In this document: one piece after another, positions 1 to 10,139 of the stretch
Layout: each line of letters begins with the position of its first letter
Position numbering within the stretch: the first letter of the stretch is position 1
Assembly (NCBI GenBank): GCA_963796275.1
Contig: CAWCKY010000003.1
Location: forward strand, 64,001 to 128,000
DNA: 64,000 bases
DNA from: an uncultured Acidobacteriota bacterium
GTDB taxonomy: Bacteria > Acidobacteriota > Blastocatellia > RBC074
Direction: 5' to 3'
Notes under the pieces: generated by a model
Seen by the model: only the letters and a program-made list of their open reading frames with translations
What the model was told of the DNA's origin: nothing
Databases searched by the model: none
Program-made: the position numbers and the translations under genes

Positions 1-876
1 AGGTGTTCGTCGATCACCTCTCCAGTCAGTTTCTTGAACCCACCCAGGGTCAGAGCCCGGATCAGGTCGATCGATTCGCGTATTCCGGGTTTGTCCCGGA
101 CTGCCGGCATGTCCCGCCTGATGCAATTGATCAACTTCGCGACGCAGGTCAATAACTCACGGCTCGCTAGTGGAGCCCGAGCCCGCAGGATTCGCACCTC
201 CTCCTTCGGTGTAGGCGGATCGAGCCAGGCGTAGAGGCAGCGCGAGCGCAACGGAGCCGATAGATCGTGTCGAATGTCGTTCGAGAGCAGGATCACGACC
301 GGCCATCGGTAGGGTCTCTCATGCCGACGTCACCGAAACGCGGGACGTGGGCATAGCCTCGGCCAAGCAGTTGAAGGAGCATGTCCTCGACCTTCTCCTG
401 AAGCTTGTCGGCCTCGTCGATAATCAATATTGGAACGTCGTCATGCGAACCGGCATAATCGAAGGCCCCCAGGGCTTCTCCCAAAATCAAATATTCGCGC
501 GTGAATTGTTTGTCCTGAGCATCTTTGAGTCTCGTTCCAGCGGCCAGTTCCTGCCTGACCATCTGTGTCTGCCCTTCGCGATCCCAGTCATACAAGACAT
601 CAGCCAGGGTCAGCCCCTCCATTCCCTGCAGGTAGAAGACCGGCAGATTGCAGGCTTCGGCCATCGCTTCGGCCATCGCTGTCTTGCCTCCACCTCTCGG
701 ACCTTCGATCAGCAGCGGCTTACGGCTGCGGATTGTGTGCGCGAGGTCGATCAGTAACCGGCGTTGGATCAGATAGCCGGTGGTGGCAAGCGTTTCGGCC
801 AGCTCGTCGATTCCTTCCCGCTCCAGCAGAGCGACGCGGATTGATGCTCGGTCTTGAATGAGTCTTTCGGTTGCAT
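1..876 (-). pseudogene. MoxR-family AAA+ ATPase, frameshifted, runs off the window start
   Basis: Manual translation across frames: RBS AAGGAGG and ATG at 876, shift near 830-850, then GYLIQRRLLIDLAHTIRSRKPLLIEGPRGGGKT (Walker A) and ILIIDEADK (Walker B). A second shift near 300 leads into VVILLSNDIRHDLSAPLRSRCLYAWLDPP...KPGIRESIDL. The frameshifts may be assembly errors. Confidence 0.85.
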
Positions 877-883
877 TATTTGT

Positions 884-2277
884 CTAGCCTCCTTCAATGC
901 TCATCTCGGCGATCCGCCGTAATTCGGGACTCAATGCGAGGGATTGCTTTGCGAATTGCCTCCGGCGAACCGGATTCAAGCAGCCCGGCTACCTCTTCGT
1001 CGGAGAGCGCACTGTCCGCATTGTTGTTGAAAGAATGAGGTTGATTTCTCTGCCGCGCTGGCCGTGATCTGCGGCGAATCGACGCCTTGCGCCTGTTCCG
1101 GCAGGCGAGTGATCAAACGTAAGCGGGCGAAGCCGCCGGCACCTCCACGAACTCGCGGCGGCTCGTCGATGTGAGAGAGGTCAGCTCCGGAGCTACTGCG
1201 CCGGGCAAAACTACGGTGGTCGAGTTTCCTCTTGAGAGAGCCGCCTGGCCCAGAGGCGACGCCACTCGTTACCGCGCGGTCGAGGATTCGTTTCCAGGTG
1301 GTGCTTACTTTATGCAGCTTGCCCTTGAGTCCCGGCGCACCGTCAGCTCCGAGGAGATCGCCGTCGAGCTTTACCAGTTTCCCTGATGCCGGATCTATGA
1401 ACCCGGTCAGGCGGATGTAGGCGCGGTCTTGCTCGCTTCCTTGTAACTGTCCGATGAGAAGCGTGCCTTTCTGCAGATCCCATCCTTGTCCACGTACGTC
1501 TCGCGTCAGTTCGAAGCGGGCCGGGCTCTGGCGCAGGGTGTAGATCGCTCCTAACGTCCTGACCGGAAAAACGCACCGAACGGCGGCAGCGCTACACGCG
1601 CATCGAGCGCAGGTGTGAACATGACGGGGTCCGGTAAGGGCTGCTTAGTCACCCCTCCGGCGATTGGTTGACGCGCCGGGACAGGAGTGGGAGTCGGGGC
1701 GCAGCGGATTGAGCGCTCAGGATTACGTTCCTCGCGCCTGGCCGCGGCGGCCGCTCCCGAAGAGGCGTCACTCTGCCTGGTGGCGGTCTCGGTCGCGGAT
1801 GGCCGGGCGCTCACTGACTCCATCCATCGCAATCGTGACCGGGGTCGTCGGGGTCACGGTTGCCCCCTTCACTCCTGTCGGGGGAACAGGTGATCCGGAC
1901 GGCGCCGGCGTCGGAGTCACGATCGCGTTTCGGATATCCTTGATAGCCTCCGCCGTCATGCTGCCGTCATTATTGCTTCGGGTATTTGTTGGCTCGGATT
2001 TCCTGCCAGGTTCGCGCACCGGGATCCGTATCTTCATCCGTTCGTTGGAAAACAGCCACACGGCTGCTCCCGCTGCGGCCAGGACAAGGATAATGAGTAT
2101 CACTCCAATCAGCCGTTTGCTTCTCCGTTTGCGGGCAGGTTCCAGCTCTTTGGCATCAGCCTTTTCTTCCTCGTCATCCTCGAAGTTCAGGTACTCACTG
2201 CTTTCCGTGCCAGGAGCCTCTTGAGTGAGGCCGGCTGCGCCGTTTTGGAGGAGTCCGTTTTTTTCATTCAAGTCCAT
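884..2277 (-). pseudogene. VirB10/TrbI/TraM-like T4SS core protein, about 6 single-base frameshifts
   Basis: ORF 1768-2277 has an acidic N-terminus, one TM segment and a Pro-rich linker. Downstream frames continue VALPPFGA..PVRTLGAIYTL..KGTLLIG..DRAYIRLTGFID..DLLGADGAPGLKG to a TAG at 884. It follows virB8- and virB9-like genes. Confidence 0.7.
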
Positions 2278-2307
2278 TTGCTATACCTTCCTCCTGACGG
2301 TTGTGGG

Positions 2308-3543
2308 TCAACGGTTGGATGAGGTCAGATTCACTGTCGCGGGCTCATCGGCTGCAGTAATCTGACCGACGGAAACACGCAATCTTTGTCGCGCTCCCAT
2401 GATCGGAGTTTCATAAACGACCGCGTAATATTTGATCTCGCCGGGTGGAATCACCTCATCCTCGACTGTTGTTTCCACGGCGAGCTTCCGAATTGCTTCG
2501 ATCTGAATAGGCCTTTTTTTGCTGTCGAACGTTTCGAGATAGATTCCTGGCTGATCCGGTACGATACGCGCATTTCTCTTCCTTGTGTTTTTGACCGCTA
2601 TGACCACGAGTTGCGAGCGCTTACTCACATCACGAACGGGTGAGACCGACAGTGAAAGCCCATGAACCGTCTCGCTCCACTTCTTGAAACTTCCAGGAGT
2701 CTTGGTCGCTTCGGTCAAGGCGAGGCTGGCGGCGCGGGCCGGATCACTGCTCTTTCCTAGGCGCTTAGCTGGAGGCTCAGAAGTATCGACCTCGGCCAGA
2801 TCGGCCACGGCTCTGGGGGGTTGGGGTGCCGGAGCCTGTGTGGGAATTTTTTCGTCCAGCGCGGTCGATTCGGATGACGTGGTAATTCGCAGGGATGTGG
2901 TGCGCGGCTTAGTGGCGCCAGTCGTGCTATCGAGATTGACGGCCAGCCCCGCCGCGCGCCTTGCTGCTTCTACTTCGTTCCGGTCATATGTAATGACAAC
3001 TCGATGTGCCTGTTCGGCAAGTTGTTGAACCGGATAGAAAAGAAAAGTGATCACCAGTCCGCTTTGCATCTGCACGATGACCGACGTAATGGGAGCGCGT
3101 CGAGCCTGCGCCATCATAGTTGGAGAAGCGAATCCGTCCCCCGGGCGAGCAATAATAAAACGATCGGTGTCTTTGGTCGGCGATTCCTCGACCGTCACTA
3201 GGTTGCTGTTGCCTGGGATAATATTGAAGAGCCGATCCGCGGACGGGAATTCGATAATCGTCGCGCCATTCGGTGACAGCCCCAAACGGATGATCGGATT
3301 TCGATTGCCACTCACCGCGACATTCGCTTCACCGCTGATGAAATCCGCGCCAGGCAGCTCGACGAGTTTGACTGAGGCGGGCGTATTTACGCTCCCCAGT
3401 TTCGGGCCCTGCTTCGTCGAGCCCGTCGTTTCTGTTGCAGCGATACTCCTCTGGCGCTTCTCCTGCGCATTGACGGGCAGGCTGATGGCCAACATCAACA
3501 TGAATGGCGCGAAAATTGAGACACTACGACTACCAAGAGGCAT
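2308..3543 (-). CDS. Secreted T4SS core-complex protein, VirB9-like
   Basis: Signal peptide (..PVNA-QE), beta-rich IIRLGLSPNGATIIEFP segment, RBS GAGGAGG, position between virB8-like and virB10-like genes. Confidence 0.55.
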   Translation of the reverse strand: MPLGSRSVSIFAPFMLMLAISLPVNAQEKRQRSIAATETTGSTKQGPKLGSVNTPASVKLVELPGADFISGEANVAVSGNRNPIIRLGLSPNGATIIEFPSADRLFNIIPGNSNLVTVEESPTKDTDRFIIARPGDGFASPTMMAQARRAPITSVIVQMQSGLVITFLFYPVQQLAEQAHRVVITYDRNEVEAARRAAGLAVNLDSTTGATKPRTTSLRITTSSESTALDEKIPTQAPAPQPPRAVADLAEVDTSEPPAKRLGKSSDPARAASLALTEATKTPGSFKKWSETVHGLSLSVSPVRDVSKRSQLVVIAVKNTRKRNARIVPDQPGIYLETFDSKKRPIQIEAIRKLAVETTVEDEVIPPGEIKYYAVVYETPIMGARQRLRVSVGQITAADEPATVNLTSSNR

Positions 3544-3583
3544 AAACCCTCCTCAGATCGAAAACAAATTGAGATGTTGATAG

Positions 3584-4363
3584 CTACTGAGAAGCAGCTG
3601 GACTACTCTCCGACTCCACTTCCTTCTCATCGAACCAGGCGACAAGAAAGCCTGTTCGTTTGTTATGGTCTGCCCGGCCCTGCGGATCAGCCGCGAGCTT
3701 GAGCGTGAGAGACAGTCGGCGGGTCTCCTGCTGCGCGGCGCCGGAGACCAGCTTCGTGATCTGCTGCCTGCCGAGTATCCGCAGCAGGTAGGGATCAGTC
3801 CGATCGACCTCTGTGTTCTGCTCGGTCCAGACGGTTTGCCAGCTTTCGGCTCGCTGTTTATCCAGTATCCCGGTCTCTTTGAGCCACCTGGCGAACTTAA
3901 CTGCGGAGCCGGGGACCATCATGCGTATTGCCTGCTCCATATCTTTGGCCCTCGTGGCCGGGTCGATTCCATAGATCATCCTGACGAACTCGCGACTGAT
4001 GTATTTTTTATCGTCAGCTGTGAGCCTGTCCGGGCCGAGTTGCACGGCATCAGTCGCGCCGTACTCCCGATCGTTAATCATCAGGACCTTCCCTGACGAA
4101 CGGTCCACAACGATGCGGTCCGGGCGGCGCATGTACTGGTAGATATTCAAGCCGACACTCATGAGCAGCAGCACCGTAAACAGGAGCCCCATCCAGGTGA
4201 GACTCAGGATCGTCCTGATATCCGTAGGGTCCCGGTGCAAGGTCAGGGGAACCGGGAGCGTTAATGCCCCTCCGGCAATCCCACCATGACCTGGCGGTTG
4301 CTTCGCCTCACTCGAATCCCCATCGAGAGTAGCGGGCCTGAGAGTGTTCGCCTTTGCGCTCAT
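3584..4363 (-). CDS. VirB8/TrbF-like T4SS inner-membrane protein
   Basis: Single N-proximal TM segment, periplasmic domain ending RADHNKRTGFLVAWF (compare the VirB8 NPxGFxV motif), RBS GAAGGAG. Confidence 0.65.
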   Translation of the reverse strand: MSAKANTLRPATLDGDSSEAKQPPGHGGIAGGALTLPVPLTLHRDPTDIRTILSLTWMGLLFTVLLLMSVGLNIYQYMRRPDRIVVDRSSGKVLMINDREYGATDAVQLGPDRLTADDKKYISREFVRMIYGIDPATRAKDMEQAIRMMVPGSAVKFARWLKETGILDKQRAESWQTVWTEQNTEVDRTDPYLLRILGRQQITKLVSGAAQQETRRLSLTLKLAADPQGRADHNKRTGFLVAWFDEKEVESESSPAASQ

Positions 4364-4516
4364 GCGATTCTCCTTCTTGCTTCACACAGTGGTGTTGATT
4401 GACGACAAATAAGCTCCAACGAATCCGGCGCTGTTTTCTAGCGCTGAGTTCGATGCCAGCCTGATGATCAACAATTCGCGTGCCACGGTGCGAGCCCTCT
4501 GTCGTCACGATGGATA

Positions 4517-4867
4517 TCAACGCTTGCCTGGCCTTCGAGAACGCCTGCTTTTCCCATGCTCATATACCTGTGGTCCATCGGAACTATTGCTCACGAGTTC
4601 CAATCCCTTTGACTCCATCTTCAAGCTCGTATCGGCTGGGAGATGAATGTACCGGTTCTCGTCCAGCCTTAGCACCCAGCCTACATTGACGATGAAAAGG
4701 CCGACTGCGGTTATCGTTCGTTTAGAGTCAAGCAGGGATGCGTCCCCACCAGCCTGCGCTCGCCGGCCCATAAACTCATCCAGAAGGCGCAGCAAATCCT
4801 TTTCGTTGTATGTTTCTTCATCGTCGTGTGTGTATTCTCTCACTTCCATCACCTCCCCATTCGTCAT
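4517..4867 (-). CDS. Hypothetical protein (ICE)
   Basis: 116-aa ORF with AAGGAGG RBS; first gene upstream of the virB8-like gene. Confidence 0.65.
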   Translation of the reverse strand: MTNGEVMEVREYTHDDEETYNEKDLLRLLDEFMGRRAQAGGDASLLDSKRTITAVGLFIVNVGWVLRLDENRYIHLPADTSLKMESKGLELVSNSSDGPQVYEHGKSRRSRRPGKR

Positions 4868-5230
4868 CGAGTGCCTCCTTGTGCGCTATAGTTTTTCTTC
4901 GAGCCTTGATCAACAATCCTCGTGCCAGATATCCTCTAACATCGAACTGCCTCTGCCGGTCAGCAGGAGGAACATCGATTACGATGTGGCGATCGCACCG
5001 GAAAGCTGGCCTCACAATGGTCAATCAATAACCCGCTTGCGAAGGTGGATGATCTATCCCGGCAAACTCCACTTCTCGAATTGACGATCGCAGGAGCGTG
5101 ATAAATTTCCCGGTCATCGAAATTGAATGGATGGGAGGAGATGCCCGTTTATCGTGTAGCTTTTTTAAGGATTGTTGTAGACGCAATTGGTAGTGGTTGA
5201 GATAAACCAAATTGCGCTAGATCTTGTACA

Positions 5231-5339
5231 TTTCCAAAATGGAAATTAGTCGCTCTGACAAGCCTCAGGGTTTGAAGAGAGTTTTCCTGTCGTATTTCGA
5301 CATTTCCATTTTGAAAAGCCATTTTTTCCATTTTGGAAA
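5231..5339. promoter_or_regulatory. Three copies of palindromic TTTCCA-N3-TG(G/A)AAA; candidate operators
   Basis: TTTCCAAAATGGAAA 5231-5245, TTTCCATTTTGAAAA 5303-5317 and TTTCCATTTTGGAAA 5325-5339, in AT-rich non-coding DNA. Confidence 0.55.
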
Positions 5340-5481
5340 AGTTTTGGTCGTAAAGACGGCACCTCGGATGCCGGACCGCGTTCGCACGATCACCACAGAT
5401 TACAGCTCTCGCTGCTCTCGGCTCTCCGGGGAATGAACAGTTAAAGATACGGAGTGGCTGGTATGAGTTTTCCACGAATGG

Positions 5482-6258
5482 TTATTCGATGGGTTTAGGT
5501 GAGCGGATATAGATAGATCGAGTCAGAGGCTTCCGGTCAGGAGGGGCTAAGGGGGCAAGCAGCGTTGGTCCAAGGTCTGTGCCGGGGCGTGGAGATGTGG
5601 GATCTTGAGGTTGGAATCTACCGATAAGAGTTGCCGCCTGGGCCAGCTCTCCCCTGGTGATCTTCCGGTCGTTATCCGTGTCGAGCCATTTATTTAGCCC
5701 ATAAATCCGTTGTTCTTTGCGTGAGTTGTCGAGTGGAGAGATGACGGTTTCGTCTTTCCCTTCAATGATGAAGCCTCGAAAGACAGCCATATAAACGTCG
5801 GCCATGCTGTTGAGACGCCCGCGAAACGATGCAAAATACTTTTCTACCAGGCGCAACTGTCCAACCGGATCCATCTCCCTGATAGCCGCAGTAGTCGTTC
5901 CCAGACGGCTTGCTGTCTCTTTTACGAATTGCAGCAAGCCGCTCGCGGACTGTCCGGGTAGGGAGTTACGGGCTGAAGGGTCAAAGAGTGATTCAGCCGC
6001 CATAACGTTGAGCAGCCACGCAGGCTGCGTTTTCAGCCGTTCCGCAACTGCGTGAAGCTGCGGCCAGAACTGAGGATGTTCGCGCAATATCTTAAGGAGA
6101 TTTTGCCGTGAGCGAAGATGCTTCGCCTCGCTGCGAGCCACTATTCTCCGCCGGTGATCACCCGTCTCTTTGTTTTGAGCTATTGCTGTCGGCGCCACGA
6201 GCAGGGCCGCTGCCACGCCGATCGATTTCAATCTTTTCGTCCGGTTTCCATCATCCAT
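5482..6258 (-). CDS. Lytic transglycosylase, SLT/VirB1-like
   Basis: Signal peptide plus the lysozyme-like motif WLLNVMAAESLFDPSARN..SASGLLQF with catalytic Glu; lies inside the T4SS cluster. Confidence 0.8.
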   Translation of the reverse strand: MDDGNRTKRLKSIGVAAALLVAPTAIAQNKETGDHRRRIVARSEAKHLRSRQNLLKILREHPQFWPQLHAVAERLKTQPAWLLNVMAAESLFDPSARNSLPGQSASGLLQFVKETASRLGTTTAAIREMDPVGQLRLVEKYFASFRGRLNSMADVYMAVFRGFIIEGKDETVISPLDNSRKEQRIYGLNKWLDTDNDRKITRGELAQAATLIGRFQPQDPTSPRPGTDLGPTLLAPLAPPDRKPLTRSIYIRSPKPIE

Positions 6259-6444
6259 CGACAGGTCACGTCAGCAACCACGATGCCGGGCCAAAACAGC
6301 GGCACGGAAGTTGATAGATAGCCTCAGCGAAACGACCCGCCGCGGATTCGAGGCTTTCCCAAAGCTTCGGTGACTTGTTCTGTGGTCCGATGGAAATGGC
6401 GGTCATTTAAAGCGAATAAATTGTTTCAATGAAGGAGTGGAGCC

Positions 6445-6915
6445 ATGAAAGTGAAAGGCTTGAGATGGATAGGTCTGTCTATAGGAAGCTGCAAAGTGGA
6501 TAACGACCTGCTCGAACGCTCGGCAGCCGCGAGAGCAGGTCATCGTGTAATTCAGTTAGCCGTGCTTGTTCGATCGATCGAGCCGGCGTTGGTGCTCACC
6601 ACTGCACTGTTGTTGATGGGTGTTACGCTTGTGCAGCCGGCGTTCGCGCAGGTGCAGGGCGGCACTATCTTCGGACAGAACGACCAGGCAGTCGGGAGCG
6701 GAGTGCGAGAAGCGATCAGGTGGGGGAGAAATTTACTCTTCCTGCTCGGCGTCGTCGGCGTCAGCTGGGGAGCAATGAATATCTGGTTGGAGAAAGGGTG
6801 GGGTAAACAGATGCTCGGCGGAGGCCTTTGCATGGGAATAGGCGGCGTCTTGTCGCTCATCTACAGCTTCTCGCAAGGCAATGCCGTCAATCTCGACACT
6901 GACCTGGGCAATTAA
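6445..6915 (+). CDS. virB2: VirB2/TrbC-like pilin precursor
   Basis: Long leader ending PAFA-Q, two hydrophobic helices, RBS AAGGAG; first gene of the virB2-3-4 series. Confidence 0.7.
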   Translation: MKVKGLRWIGLSIGSCKVDNDLLERSAAARAGHRVIQLAVLVRSIEPALVLTTALLLMGVTLVQPAFAQVQGGTIFGQNDQAVGSGVREAIRWGRNLLFLLGVVGVSWGAMNIWLEKGWGKQMLGGGLCMGIGGVLSLIYSFSQGNAVNLDTDLGN

Positions 6916-6925
6916 AAGGGGGGCA

Positions 6926-7273
6926 ATGATGCGGCTCAGACCCATCAGACCGAATGTCTACTTGCCGGTGGCGCGGTTCGGCGTGCGGATCGAGGACTGG
7001 AAGTTCGTCTTTGCCGCAGCACTCGTCAGCTATACGGTGCCCTTTCTACTCAACTTGAGACTATGGGGAGTGCCGCTGGAGTTATGGTGCGGACTGGGAG
7101 CAGGGGCATTCTCCATAGCATTTTTCAACTATGCGCGAATCGGTCGACGACCGTACTGGTTGCAGCACCGAGTGCGCGCCGTCTTTACCAGCCCGATCGA
7201 GCGACGCTCGCTTCCGATTGATGAGGAGAAGCGGCCGAAGCGGGCATGGATCATCAACGCAAAAAGGAACTGA
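6926..7273 (+). CDS. virB3: VirB3-like membrane protein
   Basis: About 115 aa with two TM segments, between the pilin and VirB4. Confidence 0.65.
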   Translation: MMRLRPIRPNVYLPVARFGVRIEDWKFVFAAALVSYTVPFLLNLRLWGVPLELWCGLGAGAFSIAFFNYARIGRRPYWLQHRVRAVFTSPIERRSLPIDEEKRPKRAWIINAKRN

Positions 7274-7274
7274 C

Positions 7275-10139
7275 ATGGAACCCATTACGATCATCGGCGG
7301 TATCGCCGCGGGCGCAGGTGTCGGGCTTGGCATCGGCACTGCGATACGCTTGCTGCCTGTGCTGCGTCAGGCTCATCGAGACATAACAGCCTGGAGCCTG
7401 AGTTACGAGGCTCGCCTGTACGAAAGCATAGCGAAGGATGAGGAAGTGAGAATGGAATTGGCGAAGCCTTCTGGGCGAAAGCGTGACTCTTCAATTGTGG
7501 GCTTTTGCGAAGGTGCTTTGAGGCACATCGATGGATCATATAGCTGCGCATGGGAGGCGCAGCTCGCTCCGACGATGCTCGCGCACGAGCATACCGTAGA
7601 ATCCCGCTATGACGCACTGGCGCGGATGCTGGCGGTCGAGAAGCCGCCTGGTACCGTGATCCAATTCCGCTATTCGTCCGGCCCCGATCCGGGGCACGCG
7701 ATCCTCGCGCATCTCACGGCGCGGGGAGACGGAGAGTTGGCGCATCCTGAGGCCGCGGAACTCCACATGAACAATGTGGAGTTCTATCGCAGTGCCGCGG
7801 CTGTGGGAGTTTACCGTCACCAGACGCTCTCGATCTGGGTGCGAGTACCGGTCCGGCAAAAAGGGGACGATACCAGCAGCGGCCTGAGCGCTTTTATTCC
7901 CGCTGCTGGGAAGGCGTTTGGCAAACAGAGATTCAAAGACCTTCTCCACATACTGCGCAGAAAGTGGGCGGAGACGGCTGATGATGGCGTGGTGCGGCGA
8001 ATTCTCGCCGATGAACGCGAAGCGAGAAGGAGGGCGGAGAAGGTCTTCCGCCTGATCGAACGCGAATGCCCGTTGTCGTTGCGACGCTTTGGACAGGAGA
8101 AATTGTGGGAAGCCGTCTACCTCGGGCACCTGCAGAACGCGCGTTCTATTCCACTCTTGCCTGACGTTCTCGGATGCGATCTCCGGGATTATCTGTGTGG
8201 CGAGACGATTCGTGCGGAGGGGGATTACGTTATGCATGGTTTGCACCCGGGGGCCATCGTCTCGATGTTCACTCCGCCGCAGCCGGCAGTTGCGGCAGAT
8301 GCACTGCGTGTCTTGACGTTGAACCCCGTGCTCAATTTCCGGCACACGATCATTGCGGAGTGCATCTATCCCGACCAGAGCAAAGCCACGAAGCGCCTCG
8401 ACCGGCGAATTAAGCAGGTAAGACGCTCGCACATTCGTGCCGACGGAAGAGTGAAACAATCGCCGGAATCGAGAGTAGCGCTCGCCGACCTCGAGACTGT
8501 ACGCGAGCACGTGACCGGATCGCGAGAAGCGTTGGTGGATATGCGCTTCTACGCACTCATCTATGGCCCACCGGCGCGGACGCGGGAAGAGAAGATGGAG
8601 TCGCTCACGATTCTCGACAACTATTGCGAACAGATGGTGACAACGATGAAGGCTATCCCCGGTGTGGAAGCGGCGCGTGAGGACCCGGACGGCATACGCG
8701 CCATCTATCACCGAGGGCTGGCGGGTGAAGCGGACCGGCGGCCCACAGGGAGGGAGATCACAGAAGTCGCCGGCTCACTCGCCGCGCTCATTCCAACCGA
8801 ATCGAGCTGGAGTGGGGCCAGGAGACCTCACACATTGTGTTCAACACCGTCGGGGAGATTGATTGGTCTGGACTTCTTCGACCGCGGAGAGATCGCTTCT
8901 CCGCTTGCCGTAGTGTTAGGGCAGCCCGGCGCCGGCAAATCAGTGCTCATGGCCCGAATCATCAACGATGTGCTGGCGACCTTAGCTGAAGCTAGAGTGC
9001 GAGCGGTCGATTTCGGCGAATCGCTCGGCCCGCACGTGGATGTGGTGGGAGGCCGCCATCTGCGTTTCATCGCCGGAGAGCCTCGCACAATCAATATTTG
9101 GGATTACCCGGGGCTGGAACTGGGCGATCCGCCCGACGAGACCCAGATCGCTTTCGTGGTAGGCGACGCGATGCGTTTGGCGAGAGTCAAGCCCGATGAC
9201 AGCATCGCCGAGGACATCCTGACCAATGTGGTGACTGAGGTCTACAGGAACGAGGTTCCCCGCAACGGCCTCGGGAAGCCGAAACATGAGCCGACCCATT
9301 CGCACTTGCTGGCGATGCTAGATAGCTATCCCTTCCAGGCGCCGGCAGTGAGAGATCGCGCTGCGACGCTGGCAGTGGCGCTTGAGAAGTATCGCGCCCA
9401 TCCCTGGATCGATGCGCCCACGCATCCTGATTTCGCTACTGATTCTCCATATGACGTGTATGAGCTCGATAGCCTGGATAACTTTCAGCAAGACGTAAGA
9501 GAGACTTTGGCCGGACGAGTTGCTGCCCGTGTAGTTCGCTCTATCGGGCGGCTGAAAGAAGACGGGACGCGTGCGCCGGTGTTACTCGTCTTTGATGAGG
9601 TCTGGAAGATCAGGGATAAGTACCCCCACATTCTAGCTGTCATCAAACGAGGTGCACGACAAGGGCGCAAAGAGAACGCAGTGACGATGCTGGCGACACA
9701 GGCTTATGAGGATTTCGAGGAGTTGCACGATATTACCAGGACCGCCGGGATAAAGGTCATCGGCAAACAAATAGGTGATTGCTCGAAGCTCATTGATGAC
9801 GCCGGACTGTCGGACAACGCTGCTGCAGCGATAGGCACTATCAGGAATGTTCGAGGCGAATACGCCCAGTATGTATTGGTGCTGGGGTCCGGCTTCGACC
9901 AGATCGTCGAAATGATCCAGATGGACCTCTCACCGGCCGAGCTATGGACATTCGCCACAAACCCGGATGAACGCAACGCCAGAGCGCGGGTGCGATCGCT
10001 TACCGGCTGGCCGCTGGCTGCTGTGATCGGATGGCTCGCCGCTGTCTATCCGAGAGGGCTGGCTGCTGCAGGACAGATCGAAGTTGATGAATCGCTTTTA
10101 GGCTTTCAACATAAAACCCTCAGAGGAGGGAAGCAATGA
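7275..10139 (+). CDS. virB4: VirB4-family T4SS ATPase
   Basis: About 950 aa; Walker A VLGQPGAGKS, Walker B LLVFDEVW, and RQGRKENAVTMLATQ motif. Start placed at ATG 7275 just after the virB3 stop. Confidence 0.92.
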   Translation: MEPITIIGGIAAGAGVGLGIGTAIRLLPVLRQAHRDITAWSLSYEARLYESIAKDEEVRMELAKPSGRKRDSSIVGFCEGALRHIDGSYSCAWEAQLAPTMLAHEHTVESRYDALARMLAVEKPPGTVIQFRYSSGPDPGHAILAHLTARGDGELAHPEAAELHMNNVEFYRSAAAVGVYRHQTLSIWVRVPVRQKGDDTSSGLSAFIPAAGKAFGKQRFKDLLHILRRKWAETADDGVVRRILADEREARRRAEKVFRLIERECPLSLRRFGQEKLWEAVYLGHLQNARSIPLLPDVLGCDLRDYLCGETIRAEGDYVMHGLHPGAIVSMFTPPQPAVAADALRVLTLNPVLNFRHTIIAECIYPDQSKATKRLDRRIKQVRRSHIRADGRVKQSPESRVALADLETVREHVTGSREALVDMRFYALIYGPPARTREEKMESLTILDNYCEQMVTTMKAIPGVEAAREDPDGIRAIYHRGLAGEADRRPTGREITEVAGSLAALIPTESSWSGARRPHTLCSTPSGRLIGLDFFDRGEIASPLAVVLGQPGAGKSVLMARIINDVLATLAEARVRAVDFGESLGPHVDVVGGRHLRFIAGEPRTINIWDYPGLELGDPPDETQIAFVVGDAMRLARVKPDDSIAEDILTNVVTEVYRNEVPRNGLGKPKHEPTHSHLLAMLDSYPFQAPAVRDRAATLAVALEKYRAHPWIDAPTHPDFATDSPYDVYELDSLDNFQQDVRETLAGRVAARVVRSIGRLKEDGTRAPVLLVFDEVWKIRDKYPHILAVIKRGARQGRKENAVTMLATQAYEDFEELHDITRTAGIKVIGKQIGDCSKLIDDAGLSDNAAAAIGTIRNVRGEYAQYVLVLGSGFDQIVEMIQMDLSPAELWTFATNPDERNARARVRSLTGWPLAAVIGWLAAVYPRGLAAAGQIEVDESLLGFQHKTLRGGKQ

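Noticed and set aside
4868-5481. Short ORFs (4818-5024, 5025-5210, 5149-5475) or a definite oriT
   Set aside because: The ORFs lack RBSs and motifs, and no nic-site consensus was recognised; only the palindromes are reported.
7536-8711. 391-aa minus-strand ORF; similar long antisense ORFs at 11219-12025, 12194-12964, 19870-20856, 57356-58585 and 61439-62326
   Set aside because: They are shadows of well-supported genes on the opposite strand in GC-rich DNA, with no motifs of their own.
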